Source: an uncultured Bacilli bacterium (GTDB taxonomy: Bacteria > Bacillota_I > Bacilli_A > RF39 > UBA660). Taken from it: a stretch of 54,243 bases of DNA. Position numbers and translations under genes: made by a program. Location of the stretch: NCBI GenBank assembly GCA_934148875.1, contig CAKPDJ010000003.1, positions 1 to 54,243 on the forward strand, read 5' to 3'. The notes beneath the pieces were generated by a model. It was not told where the DNA came from. It made no database searches and was given only the letters and a program-made list of their open reading frames with translations. Of the stretch, positions 9,787-18,081 are shown piece by piece; within the stretch, counting starts at the first letter, position 1, and each line of letters begins with the position of its first letter.

Positions 9787-10084
9787 CTAAGAAACACCAA
9801 CCCTTCCATACAAAACGATTTCTACCTGTAAAATACTTATATATTTCAATTATTAGTTGCCTAACGTTATGGTAATAAGCAACTGGTGCACATAGTAGTG
9901 CACAAATAATACCAGGAGTTATGGAAAGAATGGCGGCCCATAACTGCTGCATTGGCATTATCATAACTAATATTAGTGTTAATCCTACTCCACTGCAAAA
10001 GATAATTAAATCAGTTGGAGTAAAGTAACCTAATATTAATTGCCCTCGTTTAGTATTAGCAGGTATTAAATAATTTCCATTCAC
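9761..10084 (-). CDS. PrgI/VirB3-like small T4SS membrane protein
   Basis: 107 aa with two central TM helices. The N-terminal pattern KRGQLILGYFTPTDLIIF resembles the PrgI family, and the gene sits immediately upstream of VirB4. GTG start. Confidence 0.55.
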   Translation of the reverse strand: MNGNYLIPANTKRGQLILGYFTPTDLIIFCSGVGLTLILVMIMPMQQLWAAILSITPGIICALLCAPVAYYHNVRQLIIEIYKYFTGRNRFVWKGWCFLDESEDKSK

Positions 10085-10107
10085 TATATATCACACTTTC
10101 CTTTCTA

Positions 10108-12039
10108 TTACTTTTTAGTTTCTTTATCATCAGCCATTGCTGCTTTATAGTCATGACTAGCTTCTAAATCACGTTTCGTACCGGAAATATCCCCAATCGT
10201 CGGTTTAACTACATTACTATAGTTTGAAAAATCCAATGTATCTAAAGATATTGAAACAGGGTTTCCACTTGCATCCTTTACAAGTTCACCAAATTCATCA
10301 TAGTCATATACAGAAATGCCTTTAATAGAATCTTTCACTTCTGCTAATTTACCTAAAACAACAGAGTCTTTTGAGCCATTTACACCTGTTTTATTTACTA
10401 CTGCACTTGTAAATTGCTTATATCCCTCTTTGTGAATTTTTTCGTATTGTTCACGAGCCTGTTGAGTAGTTAATCCCCAACTAGATAGTGTGGAAATAGC
10501 ATCACTATCTCCATTATTAGCTGCTGTAATAGTCTTATCAAAATTTAACCAGTTAAAACTATGACCATTATAATTTATCATAAAGTCTTCATTTCCATCA
10601 AATCTAGATTCAATGGTTGATTTAAAATCTTTAATTTGTTTTTCAACATTATCCAAATCTTCTTTTCTTTTTCGAAATTTATCTGCAGGAGTTTGACCTA
10701 ATATTATTCCTGAGGCTCTAGATAATAATCTTCCTCCTAAAGTTGACCCAGCATTAATTCTTCTTAAAGCAGTTGCAGTATTTTTTGCCTGAGCATCAAT
10801 GCCTGTTAATAAATTAGGCTTATCTGCTGTTAAAATTTCATTGCCACCACTATTAACTGCTGCAGCTCCAGTGAATAGTGATGCCCCAAAATTTCTAAGT
10901 TTATGACTTCCATTACCATTTGCTTGATCATATTCATTTCTAGAACGATATGCAGAACCAATAGCTCCAATTCCACCTACTGCTGTAGCACCTAGACCTA
11001 GCATTCTAGTGAAGTTACCCTTGTTCTTTATTCCTAATGCATCAAATATAAATTGTGGTGCTTGTCTTGCAAACATTAATAGACCAATTAACAAGAACGC
11101 TAGTAAGAATACGCCATCAAGGAAGTTAACACCATCAAAGAAGCCTTTGTACATATCACCAGATAATAACATATCAATTATATATATGATGAAATAAATT
11201 AATCCTAAATTAATAAACAATTCTAACCAAGTACTAAAAAAAGTTTTTTTCCATGTACTAAATGCCCCACCATCTTTTTCAGCTTTCGGGTCAATATAAC
11301 TCAAAACTGGTATTGGTGAAATGCTCCTTAGTATTATTAATTTAAAGGCACGTATTGCTACTGATATACAGAAGGAAAATATTACATATATCATAATAAC
11401 ACCAGTTATAGTCGATACTATTGGCAAGTAATCGTATGCATAAGCATCAGAATTAGAATCATCAGTGCTCTCACATGAATCATTTACAACTTTCAGAAAA
11501 TCAAACGGTTTCGATATAGAAGCATTACTACATCCCTTTTTTACATGTGCAAAACCATTGAGCATTGTTGTGGCTAGCTTTTCAGAAATTCCTGTAACAT
11601 CATCACTACTTAGTGTAGTTGGACTATTGATTATAATTCTTGGAATTACTGGCAAAATCTTATTTTGAGCTTCCGTCATTAGACTAAAGAATGTTGGAAG
11701 ACCTATTAACATAACCATTACTGTTATAATTCTAGTAATCAACTTTGAAATTCCCTGTTCTTTATCATTTATCTTATCAGGGTCAGCAAGATATGTAATA
11801 AGTGATACTGTTATTTTAAATAGCATAAATATACCTAAAATAACATAAACACGGTCCATCATATCTTCATAAACACCATATAATTCAAAATTTGCTAAAT
11901 TAAATACTGCACGGAATAGCCAACTGATTAGTGTATATATAAGACTGTCAAAAAAGGCAAAAAGGCCTCTAAATAAACTTACAATCCAAGTTTTAGACAT
12001 ACTGAAACTTGTATCTAATGTTAAAAATATATTCGCCAT
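10108..12039 (-). CDS. VirB6-like polytopic T4SS channel protein with soluble C-terminal extension
   Basis: 643 aa with at least 6 TM segments in the first ~360 aa, then a G/A-rich linker and a ~250-aa soluble tail. Its position (pilin - VirB6 - VirB3 - VirB4) matches Firmicutes T4SS gene order. Confidence 0.55.
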   Translation of the reverse strand: MANIFLTLDTSFSMSKTWIVSLFRGLFAFFDSLIYTLISWLFRAVFNLANFELYGVYEDMMDRVYVILGIFMLFKITVSLITYLADPDKINDKEQGISKLITRIITVMVMLIGLPTFFSLMTEAQNKILPVIPRIIINSPTTLSSDDVTGISEKLATTMLNGFAHVKKGCSNASISKPFDFLKVVNDSCESTDDSNSDAYAYDYLPIVSTITGVIMIYVIFSFCISVAIRAFKLIILRSISPIPVLSYIDPKAEKDGGAFSTWKKTFFSTWLELFINLGLIYFIIYIIDMLLSGDMYKGFFDGVNFLDGVFLLAFLLIGLLMFARQAPQFIFDALGIKNKGNFTRMLGLGATAVGGIGAIGSAYRSRNEYDQANGNGSHKLRNFGASLFTGAAAVNSGGNEILTADKPNLLTGIDAQAKNTATALRRINAGSTLGGRLLSRASGIILGQTPADKFRKRKEDLDNVEKQIKDFKSTIESRFDGNEDFMINYNGHSFNWLNFDKTITAANNGDSDAISTLSSWGLTTQQAREQYEKIHKEGYKQFTSAVVNKTGVNGSKDSVVLGKLAEVKDSIKGISVYDYDEFGELVKDASGNPVSISLDTLDFSNYSNVVKPTIGDISGTKRDLEASHDYKAAMADDKETKK

Positions 12040-12044
12040 TCAAA

Positions 12045-13235
12045 TCACTTCCCTATTCCACAGGTATCAGTAAAGCTACCACTAACTTCATTAAATATAT
12101 TTAATAACCACTGTAGCACTAATGGTACAAAGAATAATGCAACAGCTATAATAAGTCTTTTAATAAATCTAGAGTTAGCTTTATTAAGTGCATCTTTATC
12201 ATCTTTTAAAATTGCACTTGCATATTCAACGCCACCCATAACTATTACGAATATTGGAGCTATAATGCGTATCCATTTAAAGATTTTGTTGATGAAGTCT
12301 AGTAAATCTTCTCCTAAAATACCTTGACAATTTCTGGTAACTTCATCTCCCCAATCTATTTCTGAATTACCATCTGATGAGCCACCACTAGGATTACTTT
12401 CATGCTTTGTATCATCAATTGTGCTTGAACCGGTACTATCGTTCCAGTATAATTTTTTGGTACATTTATTATAATTATCAATTAATTTGCTATATGTGAA
12501 ATTTGCATCAAAATGTGCTCCATCATTTAATACACTTTCAATATTGTTAGTAAGTATTTTTTCATTTTTTAAATCCACTGTTATCATAATATCTGTATAT
12601 TGATCATAGCTGCCAGTAAATTTCAATCCTTCGCTTGCTAACTCGAAATAACTTTTATCGCTTGAAAGTTTATATAAGCAATACTTAGAATTGTTGTCGG
12701 TTGTTGATGCACTAGAACTATTGTTAGATTGTAATGTAAATGTTGATGATTCTTCCCATCCATAAATATTAATGTTGCATAGGCTATAAGATGAAGGAAC
12801 ATTTGCATAAATTGTATCATATTTACAATATGCTTTATTTTCGTTTACTCCAGGTGTTACGAATGAATCGTATTCTGAAAATTGATTTTCTACATATTCA
12901 AGACAATTTTTCTTATAGCTCATAATTGGTGGATTAGAAATCGTTTTGGTGTCGTGATTAAGATTATAAGTTATTGTGTCACCATTACTATTTTTATAAG
13001 TACAAGTAGTCACATTAGAAGATTCTTTTACGGTTGATGAACAGTTAGAATTATCTACTTTTTTACAATTGCTTGTAATAAAACTATTATCTATAGTATA
13101 ATCCCACTGATTGAAAGTTGTAGCGCCTTGCGTACATTGATAACAACTTGGAGTTGCTGCATAAACGTTGTAGTTTATAGCAAAAACAGATATTAAAACA
13201 ATAGTTATAAATATATTTACTAATTTTTTATGCAT
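12045..13235 (-). CDS. Secreted Cys-rich ectodomain fused to a C-terminal VirB2/TrbC-like two-helix pilin module
   Basis: Signal peptide MHKKLVNIFITIVLISVFAINYNVYA and 12 Cys by hand count. The C-terminal module (RNCQGILGEDLLDF...IIAPIFVIVMGGVEYASAILKDDKDALNKANSRFIKRLIIAVALFFVPLVL...TDTCGIGK) is paralogous to ORF 14437-14769. Confidence 0.55.
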   Translation of the reverse strand: MHKKLVNIFITIVLISVFAINYNVYAATPSCYQCTQGATTFNQWDYTIDNSFITSNCKKVDNSNCSSTVKESSNVTTCTYKNSNGDTITYNLNHDTKTISNPPIMSYKKNCLEYVENQFSEYDSFVTPGVNENKAYCKYDTIYANVPSSYSLCNINIYGWEESSTFTLQSNNSSSASTTDNNSKYCLYKLSSDKSYFELASEGLKFTGSYDQYTDIMITVDLKNEKILTNNIESVLNDGAHFDANFTYSKLIDNYNKCTKKLYWNDSTGSSTIDDTKHESNPSGGSSDGNSEIDWGDEVTRNCQGILGEDLLDFINKIFKWIRIIAPIFVIVMGGVEYASAILKDDKDALNKANSRFIKRLIIAVALFFVPLVLQWLLNIFNEVSGSFTDTCGIGK

Positions 13236-13245
13236 TTTATCACTC

Positions 13246-14346
13246 CTAATCTATATCAAACCAGCAAGATTGCCAGCTATTAGTGTCATCTAATCCAGCC
13301 TCTGCAATTCTTCCGATTACTATAGTAACTATAGTGGTTACAAAGAAGAATAATACTGCGGCAATTATTCGTCTAATCAATTTTGATGTTGCATCTTTCA
13401 TATTTTTTTCATCATTTGACATAACAGCCTTTGTCATATCTATAGAGCCCATTATAATTAACAATATTGGGATAATAAATTGTAAACTGTTGACAGCTAC
13501 TTTTTTAATAAAAACTATAATAGGTCTTAATTCTTTTGGGCAATTTCCACTATCGGCATTTCCATCATCTGCGCCACATAGAGCATTTTCAACTTTACAT
13601 TCGCCACTGCAAAATTGTTCAACTTCTTTATACCTATTGCAGTAGTTAGCTATATAATTCTTAGCATACTTAGAATTTGCATCAACCATTCTTACTTTGT
13701 CTCTTGCATCATTCAAATAAAATATATCTTGGCAACTTCCAGTAGGCATTACATTACTACCTACTTTTGTAGAATCTAATTGTTCTGAAGTTCCATCAGG
13801 ATATTCAATAGTCCAAGCAGGTTCAGTTGACGTTTTAGTAATCTTTAATGTTTTACCACTTATTTGTCCTTTATATGTACAAGTATAGTTGGTATCATGT
13901 CGGCTTCCGCCACCACCATGGCTTGCATCAGTTATAGTCTTATTATTATTATTTGATTCTGATGTTGCCTCTAGTGGATTACCATCATTAGTTGTTAATT
14001 TTATATCTGTTTGACCAGCTACTTCCTTAATATCTTGATAAATAGTTGGACATTTTATTTTATTAGTACTGGTATCAGTAAAAAAACTATCTCCAGTTAT
14101 TTCATTTATTATATTTATTGCAGTTATCTCATTTATTTCGTTACGATTTTCTTTTGAGGAAAAAACGATATTTAGTTTGCCTTTACTAGTAGCAACAATA
14201 TCATACGTGTATTTTGCATATTCATCCTCATATATACATTTCGCGCATGCATAATTATCGCAATCATTTGCATAAACATTATTATCATTAAATAATGCTA
14301 TGGTCATTACTAATAAAAAGATTGATGTTTTGATAAATTTTTTCAT
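13246..14346 (-). CDS. Secreted Cys-rich ectodomain fused to a C-terminal VirB2/TrbC-like two-helix pilin module (paralogue 2)
   Basis: Signal peptide MKKFIKTSIFLLVMTIALFNDNNVYA and 12 Cys. The C-terminal ~95 aa (NCPKELRPIIVF...IPILLIIMGSIDMTKAVMSNDEKNMKDATSKLIRRIIAAVLFFFV...SWQSCWFDID) are highly similar to the 110-aa ORF. Shares a TCTYK motif with the 396-aa paralogue. Confidence 0.6.
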   Translation of the reverse strand: MKKFIKTSIFLLVMTIALFNDNNVYANDCDNYACAKCIYEDEYAKYTYDIVATSKGKLNIVFSSKENRNEINEITAINIINEITGDSFFTDTSTNKIKCPTIYQDIKEVAGQTDIKLTTNDGNPLEATSESNNNNKTITDASHGGGGSRHDTNYTCTYKGQISGKTLKITKTSTEPAWTIEYPDGTSEQLDSTKVGSNVMPTGSCQDIFYLNDARDKVRMVDANSKYAKNYIANYCNRYKEVEQFCSGECKVENALCGADDGNADSGNCPKELRPIIVFIKKVAVNSLQFIIPILLIIMGSIDMTKAVMSNDEKNMKDATSKLIRRIIAAVLFFFVTTIVTIVIGRIAEAGLDDTNSWQSCWFDID

Positions 14347-14391
14347 AAGTACACTCCTTGAATATATAATATACCAAGTTAATTATAACAT

Positions 14392-14427
14392 AAAAAAAAT
14401 AATAGTAAAATGATTTTACTATTATTT
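14392..14427 (-). terminator. Rho-independent terminator immediately after the small pilin-like gene
   Basis: Perfect 14-bp stem (14397-14410 pairs with 14414-14427) with a 3-nt loop. A T-run follows on the minus strand (complement of the A8 run 14392-14399). It lies 10 nt downstream of the stop at 14437. The stem is AT-rich with one G:C pair. Confidence 0.5.
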
Positions 14428-14436
14428 AATTCAAAT

Positions 14437-14769
14437 TTATTTTGTTAATTTTGTCCAACAATCTGCCCAGTTTGTTTCACCTGTTTCAATTTCAGATCCA
14501 GAACTATCAAACATGTTCATTAATAATGATACAACAGTAGCAACAAAGAACACAGCAACGGCAGCAATAGCACGTTTGATTAATTTGCTAGTTGCACCTT
14601 TAATTTCTTTGTCATCACTAGACATTACAGCTTTTCCTAAATCAATACTACCCATAATAATTAAAAGAATTGGGATACCAATTTGAATAATTGGGTAAAT
14701 TCCAAATCTTAAAAATTTAAAAATTGGAACTAAATCTTTAGGGCAGGTCATTAATTGTACTAAATCCAT
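14437..14769 (-). CDS. VirB2/TrbC-like T4SS pilin candidate (110 aa, two hydrophobic helices)
   Basis: Helix 1 is IPILLIIMGSIDLG and helix 2 is AIAAVAVFFVATVVSLLMNMF, joined by the basic loop KAVMSSDDKEIKGATSKLIKR. This is the VirB2/TrbC hairpin architecture. There are exactly two Cys, one on each side of the hairpin. Strong SD (GAGGAGG), with its own promoter and terminator. Confidence 0.6.
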   Translation of the reverse strand: MDLVQLMTCPKDLVPIFKFLRFGIYPIIQIGIPILLIIMGSIDLGKAVMSSDDKEIKGATSKLIKRAIAAVAVFFVATVVSLLMNMFDSSGSEIETGETNWADCWTKLTK

Positions 14770-14797
14770 AATAAATTTCCTCCTCGTTCATAACTAA

Positions 14798-14827
14798 ATA
14801 ATATACTAAATTAACTACATTAGTCAA
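14798..14827 (-). promoter_or_regulatory. Sigma-A-like promoter for the small pilin-like gene
   Basis: On the minus strand, TTGACT (complement of 14822-14827) is followed after 16-18 nt by TATATTAT (complement of 14798-14805), ~30 nt upstream of the ATG. AT-rich context, so chance matches are possible. Confidence 0.4.
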
Positions 14828-14863
14828 TATATTATAAAATTATTTACATTTTTTTACACATTA

Positions 14864-15835
14864 CTAGTAATTGTTAATTCCAAGTCTACTAAGCAAATCC
14901 TGCAAAACTTCTGTATTTTTGCTTCTCTCGTCTAGAGGTGGCATAACAAAGAATGCCTTGATATTAGCTTCGTATTCGAATTCTTTAATATCACTGCTAG
15001 ACAATATACTTTGGGCAATAACTACTTTCTTTCCAGCTAATTTTTCAAAAGCTTGACGATCACGTCTCATTAATTTATTTAATTTAATAGTTGATGGTTC
15101 AATTAGGTATAATACTTCATTACAAACATCAATATTACCTTCTTTATTTAAATCAACTAAAATGACGTTAGCGTCTTTATGTTTTAATACTTCATTAGCT
15201 AAATTATTGTTATCAACTGAAATCATGTCCTTATCGTTCAAATATACAAAATCCTTTTTATCAACTTCAATAGCTATAGTTCTTTTTCCCATATCTTTGA
15301 GAACATTTTTTAACATATATATAAGCATAGTAGCTCCTGAATGCTCAGTTACATTTTTAATACCTAAAATATATGTTCCTGTTGATACTATTGTTGTATT
15401 GGAACCACTTGCTGCTACTCCTATTATACCTCCTGGTGATGCTCCCTGTGGTTCTTCAATTTGATGTAGATGTGCTACATCACGATAAGTATTAGGATTA
15501 TTTAATAAATAATTAACTCCATCAAGATTAGTGGTAAAGTTATATATTCCCATTGAGATTAGTTTTGATAAAAATCTTGGTGCTAAACATTCAGGTGTAT
15601 CTGGAAGTAAAACAATTATTTTTTCAACATCTAAAGACATAGATAATTTCTGTAAATTACGAACATCCATGTAGTCTTTTAATGCTGTTAAATCTAATAT
15701 CATTCTTCCAAAAAAGAAGTTAGAGAACATTTGAATTAGTTCATCTGCTTCAAATACACCATTTATTGATTTTATAATTTCAATATCTAGATTTGCTAAT
15801 TCTGCTTGTCTTTCATTAGATATAATTACATTCAT
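14864..15835 (-). CDS. TadZ/CpaE-like protein (receiver-like N-terminus + degenerate ParA/MinD-type domain)
   Basis: 323 aa. The C-terminal half has a MinD/ParA-like layout, but the P-loop position reads ILGIKNVTEHSGATML with no KGGxGK(S/T). Gene context is next to Flp-like and TadE-like genes. Weak call, by eye. Confidence 0.35.
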   Translation of the reverse strand: MNVIISNERQAELANLDIEIIKSINGVFEADELIQMFSNFFFGRMILDLTALKDYMDVRNLQKLSMSLDVEKIIVLLPDTPECLAPRFLSKLISMGIYNFTTNLDGVNYLLNNPNTYRDVAHLHQIEEPQGASPGGIIGVAASGSNTTIVSTGTYILGIKNVTEHSGATMLIYMLKNVLKDMGKRTIAIEVDKKDFVYLNDKDMISVDNNNLANEVLKHKDANVILVDLNKEGNIDVCNEVLYLIEPSTIKLNKLMRRDRQAFEKLAGKKVVIAQSILSSSDIKEFEYEANIKAFFVMPPLDERSKNTEVLQDLLSRLGINNY

Positions 15836-15844
15836 AACATCATC

Positions 15845-16351
15845 CTATCTTCCACTTATGGAACAATTGCTTGGTAATCCGCTAACTGCACCAGATGAAT
15901 ATATAAGTGCTGTTTCACCTTTTACCAAGAACAAATTTCCTGCAAATGGTAATAAATTATTAACAAGTGGTATATCTACATTCACAAAGGTAGCTACTGT
16001 ATAGTAAGCACCTTTATATGTTGAAGATTCATTAGAATTGCCGGTAACATCTACCTTTTGATATTTATAGCAAAATTTACCTGCACCAGCATCAGCTACA
16101 GTATAATCGTTAGACTCGCACCATTCTTCAAATTCAGAATTCATGCCATAATTAGTCTTTAACATTAAATCATTAATTTGTGTTAGCGCCGAACAAGTAA
16201 GTCCCTCATTTTTCTCAATAATACTTCTAATTTCATTTTTAACACGAAAAGCTTTAGTGTAATTAACACTAAAAGCTAAATAACAGTTAATAATAATCAT
16301 AAATATTACGATAATTTGCAGTGTCATTGCACCACTTATAGCATCTCTCAC
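15845..16351 (-). CDS. Pilin-like / TadE-like protein with N-terminal hydrophobic helix
   Basis: 168 aa with N-terminus MRDAISG-AMTLQIIVIFMIIINCYLAF: a short polar leader, a Gly, then a hydrophobic helix. Four Cys lie in the predicted external part. GTG start 16349-16351; an ATG at codon 9 is an alternative. Confidence 0.35.
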   Translation of the reverse strand: MRDAISGAMTLQIIVIFMIIINCYLAFSVNYTKAFRVKNEIRSIIEKNEGLTCSALTQINDLMLKTNYGMNSEFEEWCESNDYTVADAGAGKFCYKYQKVDVTGNSNESSTYKGAYYTVATFVNVDIPLVNNLLPFAGNLFLVKGETALIYSSGAVSGLPSNCSISGR

Positions 16352-16368
16352 ACTATCACCACTTTTTT

Positions 16369-16575
16369 TTAATCGTCTTCACAATTTCCAGTAGCAGCGT
16401 TATAACTTTGACCTGCTGGACATCTTGTACCACTGCCTCCGCTGCTTATGTTTGACCAAGTGTTATTAATTGTATTCTTTATTTGTGGCCACATAAACCA
16501 GAAAAATGCAACAATTGCACCAATAGCTATAATAGTTACAACGGTCATGTTTAATTCTCCAGTCGCTTCTTTCAT
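16369..16575 (-). CDS. Flp-like small pilin candidate (68 aa) with C-terminal Cys-x12-Cys loop
   Basis: MKEATG-ELNMTVVTIIAIGAIVAFFWFMW is a short leader, a Gly, then a hydrophobic helix. The short tail ends in RCPAGQSYNAATGNCEDD. Very strong SD (AAAGGAGGAG) and an extended -10 promoter upstream. It is the first gene of the flp-tadE-tadZ-T4SS transcription unit. Confidence 0.45.
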   Translation of the reverse strand: MKEATGELNMTVVTIIAIGAIVAFFWFMWPQIKNTINNTWSNISSGGSGTRCPAGQSYNAATGNCEDD

Positions 16576-16607
16576 TTAATATCTCCTCCTTTATTATATA
16601 CACTTTT

Positions 16608-16616
16608 ATTATACCA
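16608..16616 (-). promoter_or_regulatory. Extended -10 promoter (TGGTATAAT) for the Flp-like gene / T4SS operon
   Basis: The complement of 16608-16616 reads TGGTATAAT, ~33 nt upstream of the ATG at 16575. No good -35 element. Confidence 0.45.
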
Positions 16617-16686
16617 TAAATTTTAATCATTACTATATTTTTTTATATTTTAAAAAAATTTTTTGTAAATATATGTTAAAATACAT

Positions 16687-18078
16687 TTGAAATGGTATGT
16701 GATTTGTATGAAAGATAATAAAAATAGAACTTTATTTTTTACCTTTACTTTAATTATTATGTGTAGTATTTTTCTATTTAATTATGGAAATGACTTCTAT
16801 TGGCATCTTAAAACAGGAGAATATATAATTAATAACTTGAAAATTCCTCATACAGGAATATTTTCTTATTATGCAGTAAATAATAATTTAAGTTGGATTT
16901 CTCATGAATGGCTATTTGAATTAATTATTTTTATATTTCAAACTGTTTTTTCTACTTACGGTGCTATCATTTATATTATTACTTCTTTACTGATATTTAG
17001 TTTTATACTATGGAAATTAAATAGACAAAACTTTATAAAATACCCTTTTTATACAATTATTTTTGCAGTAGCTTCTATGCTAATTCTTGCCAATAAGACA
17101 TTACCAAGACCTCATTTGATTAGCTATATCTTATTTGCGTTAACAATTTTTGTAGCTTTTGAAACCAGAAAAAATAAAAATAATAAAATAATACTTTTAA
17201 CTCCTATTATTTCCGTTTTATGGAGCAATATACATGGTGGAAGTAGTAATCTTAGTTATATTATTTATATAATATTTCTATTAGATAGTATTAAAAATAA
17301 GGATAAGAACTTATCAGTAAAATATTTTATTATGGCATTATTATCAATATTATCAATTATGATTAATCCTCATGGAATAAAGATGATTTTTTATCCTTAT
17401 CAAAATATGACATATAAAATAATGTTATCTTGTATTGATGAATGGCAGTCATTAAATATACTTAGTGTAGATGGTATCTTTTATTTATTATTCATGATAA
17501 CTATTATCTGCATTCTATTTAAAAATAAAAAGCAAGCAAATTTGCTTCATATTTTCCTAATTAGTATATTCGTTCTGTTAGCAATTAAATCAACTCGTTT
17601 TATGCCATATTTGTTAATAGTTGCCACTAGTATTATTCCAAATTACTTTCAAACATCAAAATTTAAGGTAGATATCGCTCCTATCTTTATATCTGTGATA
17701 CTAATCTTTATAACACTAACAACAACTATCGTCATTCCAAATGTAAATAATAGTTTTAAAATAATATCTGATGATATGATTAATTATTTACAAAAAAAAG
17801 AAAATTTAGTTTTATACAATTCTTATAATTTAGGCGGTTATTTAATTTATAAAGATATTCCTGTTTTTATTGATAGTAGAGCTGATATCTATATTGACTG
17901 TAATTTTTCAGATGTTTGTCAAATTGAAAAAGGATATCAACTAGATCTGTTAGAAAAATATAATTTTAACACTCTTATTATTGAAAATAAATCTGGAGCA
18001 TATTCTTATTTAAAAAACAATAATAACTACGAATTATATCTACAAGATGATAATAATAGTTTATTTATTAGAAAATAA
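16687..18078 (+). CDS. GT-C-like polytopic membrane protein (putative lipid-linked-sugar-dependent glycosyltransferase)
   Basis: 463 aa with ~12 TM segments. An acidic/aromatic first loop (NYGNDFYWHLKTGEY ... SHEWLFE) is followed by a soluble C-terminal ~110 aa. This is the only long plus-strand gene in the block. The ORF track uses TTG 16687; ATG 16708 is the more likely start. Confidence 0.4.
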   Translation: MKWYVICMKDNKNRTLFFTFTLIIMCSIFLFNYGNDFYWHLKTGEYIINNLKIPHTGIFSYYAVNNNLSWISHEWLFELIIFIFQTVFSTYGAIIYIITSLLIFSFILWKLNRQNFIKYPFYTIIFAVASMLILANKTLPRPHLISYILFALTIFVAFETRKNKNNKIILLTPIISVLWSNIHGGSSNLSYIIYIIFLLDSIKNKDKNLSVKYFIMALLSILSIMINPHGIKMIFYPYQNMTYKIMLSCIDEWQSLNILSVDGIFYLLFMITIICILFKNKKQANLLHIFLISIFVLLAIKSTRFMPYLLIVATSIIPNYFQTSKFKVDIAPIFISVILIFITLTTTIVIPNVNNSFKIISDDMINYLQKKENLVLYNSYNLGGYLIYKDIPVFIDSRADIYIDCNFSDVCQIEKGYQLDLLEKYNFNTLIIENKSGAYSYLKNNNNYELYLQDDNNSLFIRK

Positions 18079-18081
18079 CGC

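Noticed and set aside
13735-13749. MPTGS inside the 366-aa VirB2-fusion protein as a possible LPXTG-type sortase motif.
   Set aside because: It is internal (residues 200-204 of 366). No hydrophobic segment plus basic tail follows it, and the next residue is a Cys within a structured Cys-rich domain.
14864-15835. The 323-aa ParA/MinD-like protein as a plasmid/ICE partition ATPase, which would be evidence of a mobile replicon.
   Set aside because: The P-loop is degenerate (TEHSGATM, no Lys-Ser/Thr). No ParB or centromere-like repeats were seen nearby. A receiver-like N-terminus and the Flp/TadE neighbourhood fit TadZ/CpaE better, though that call is still weak.
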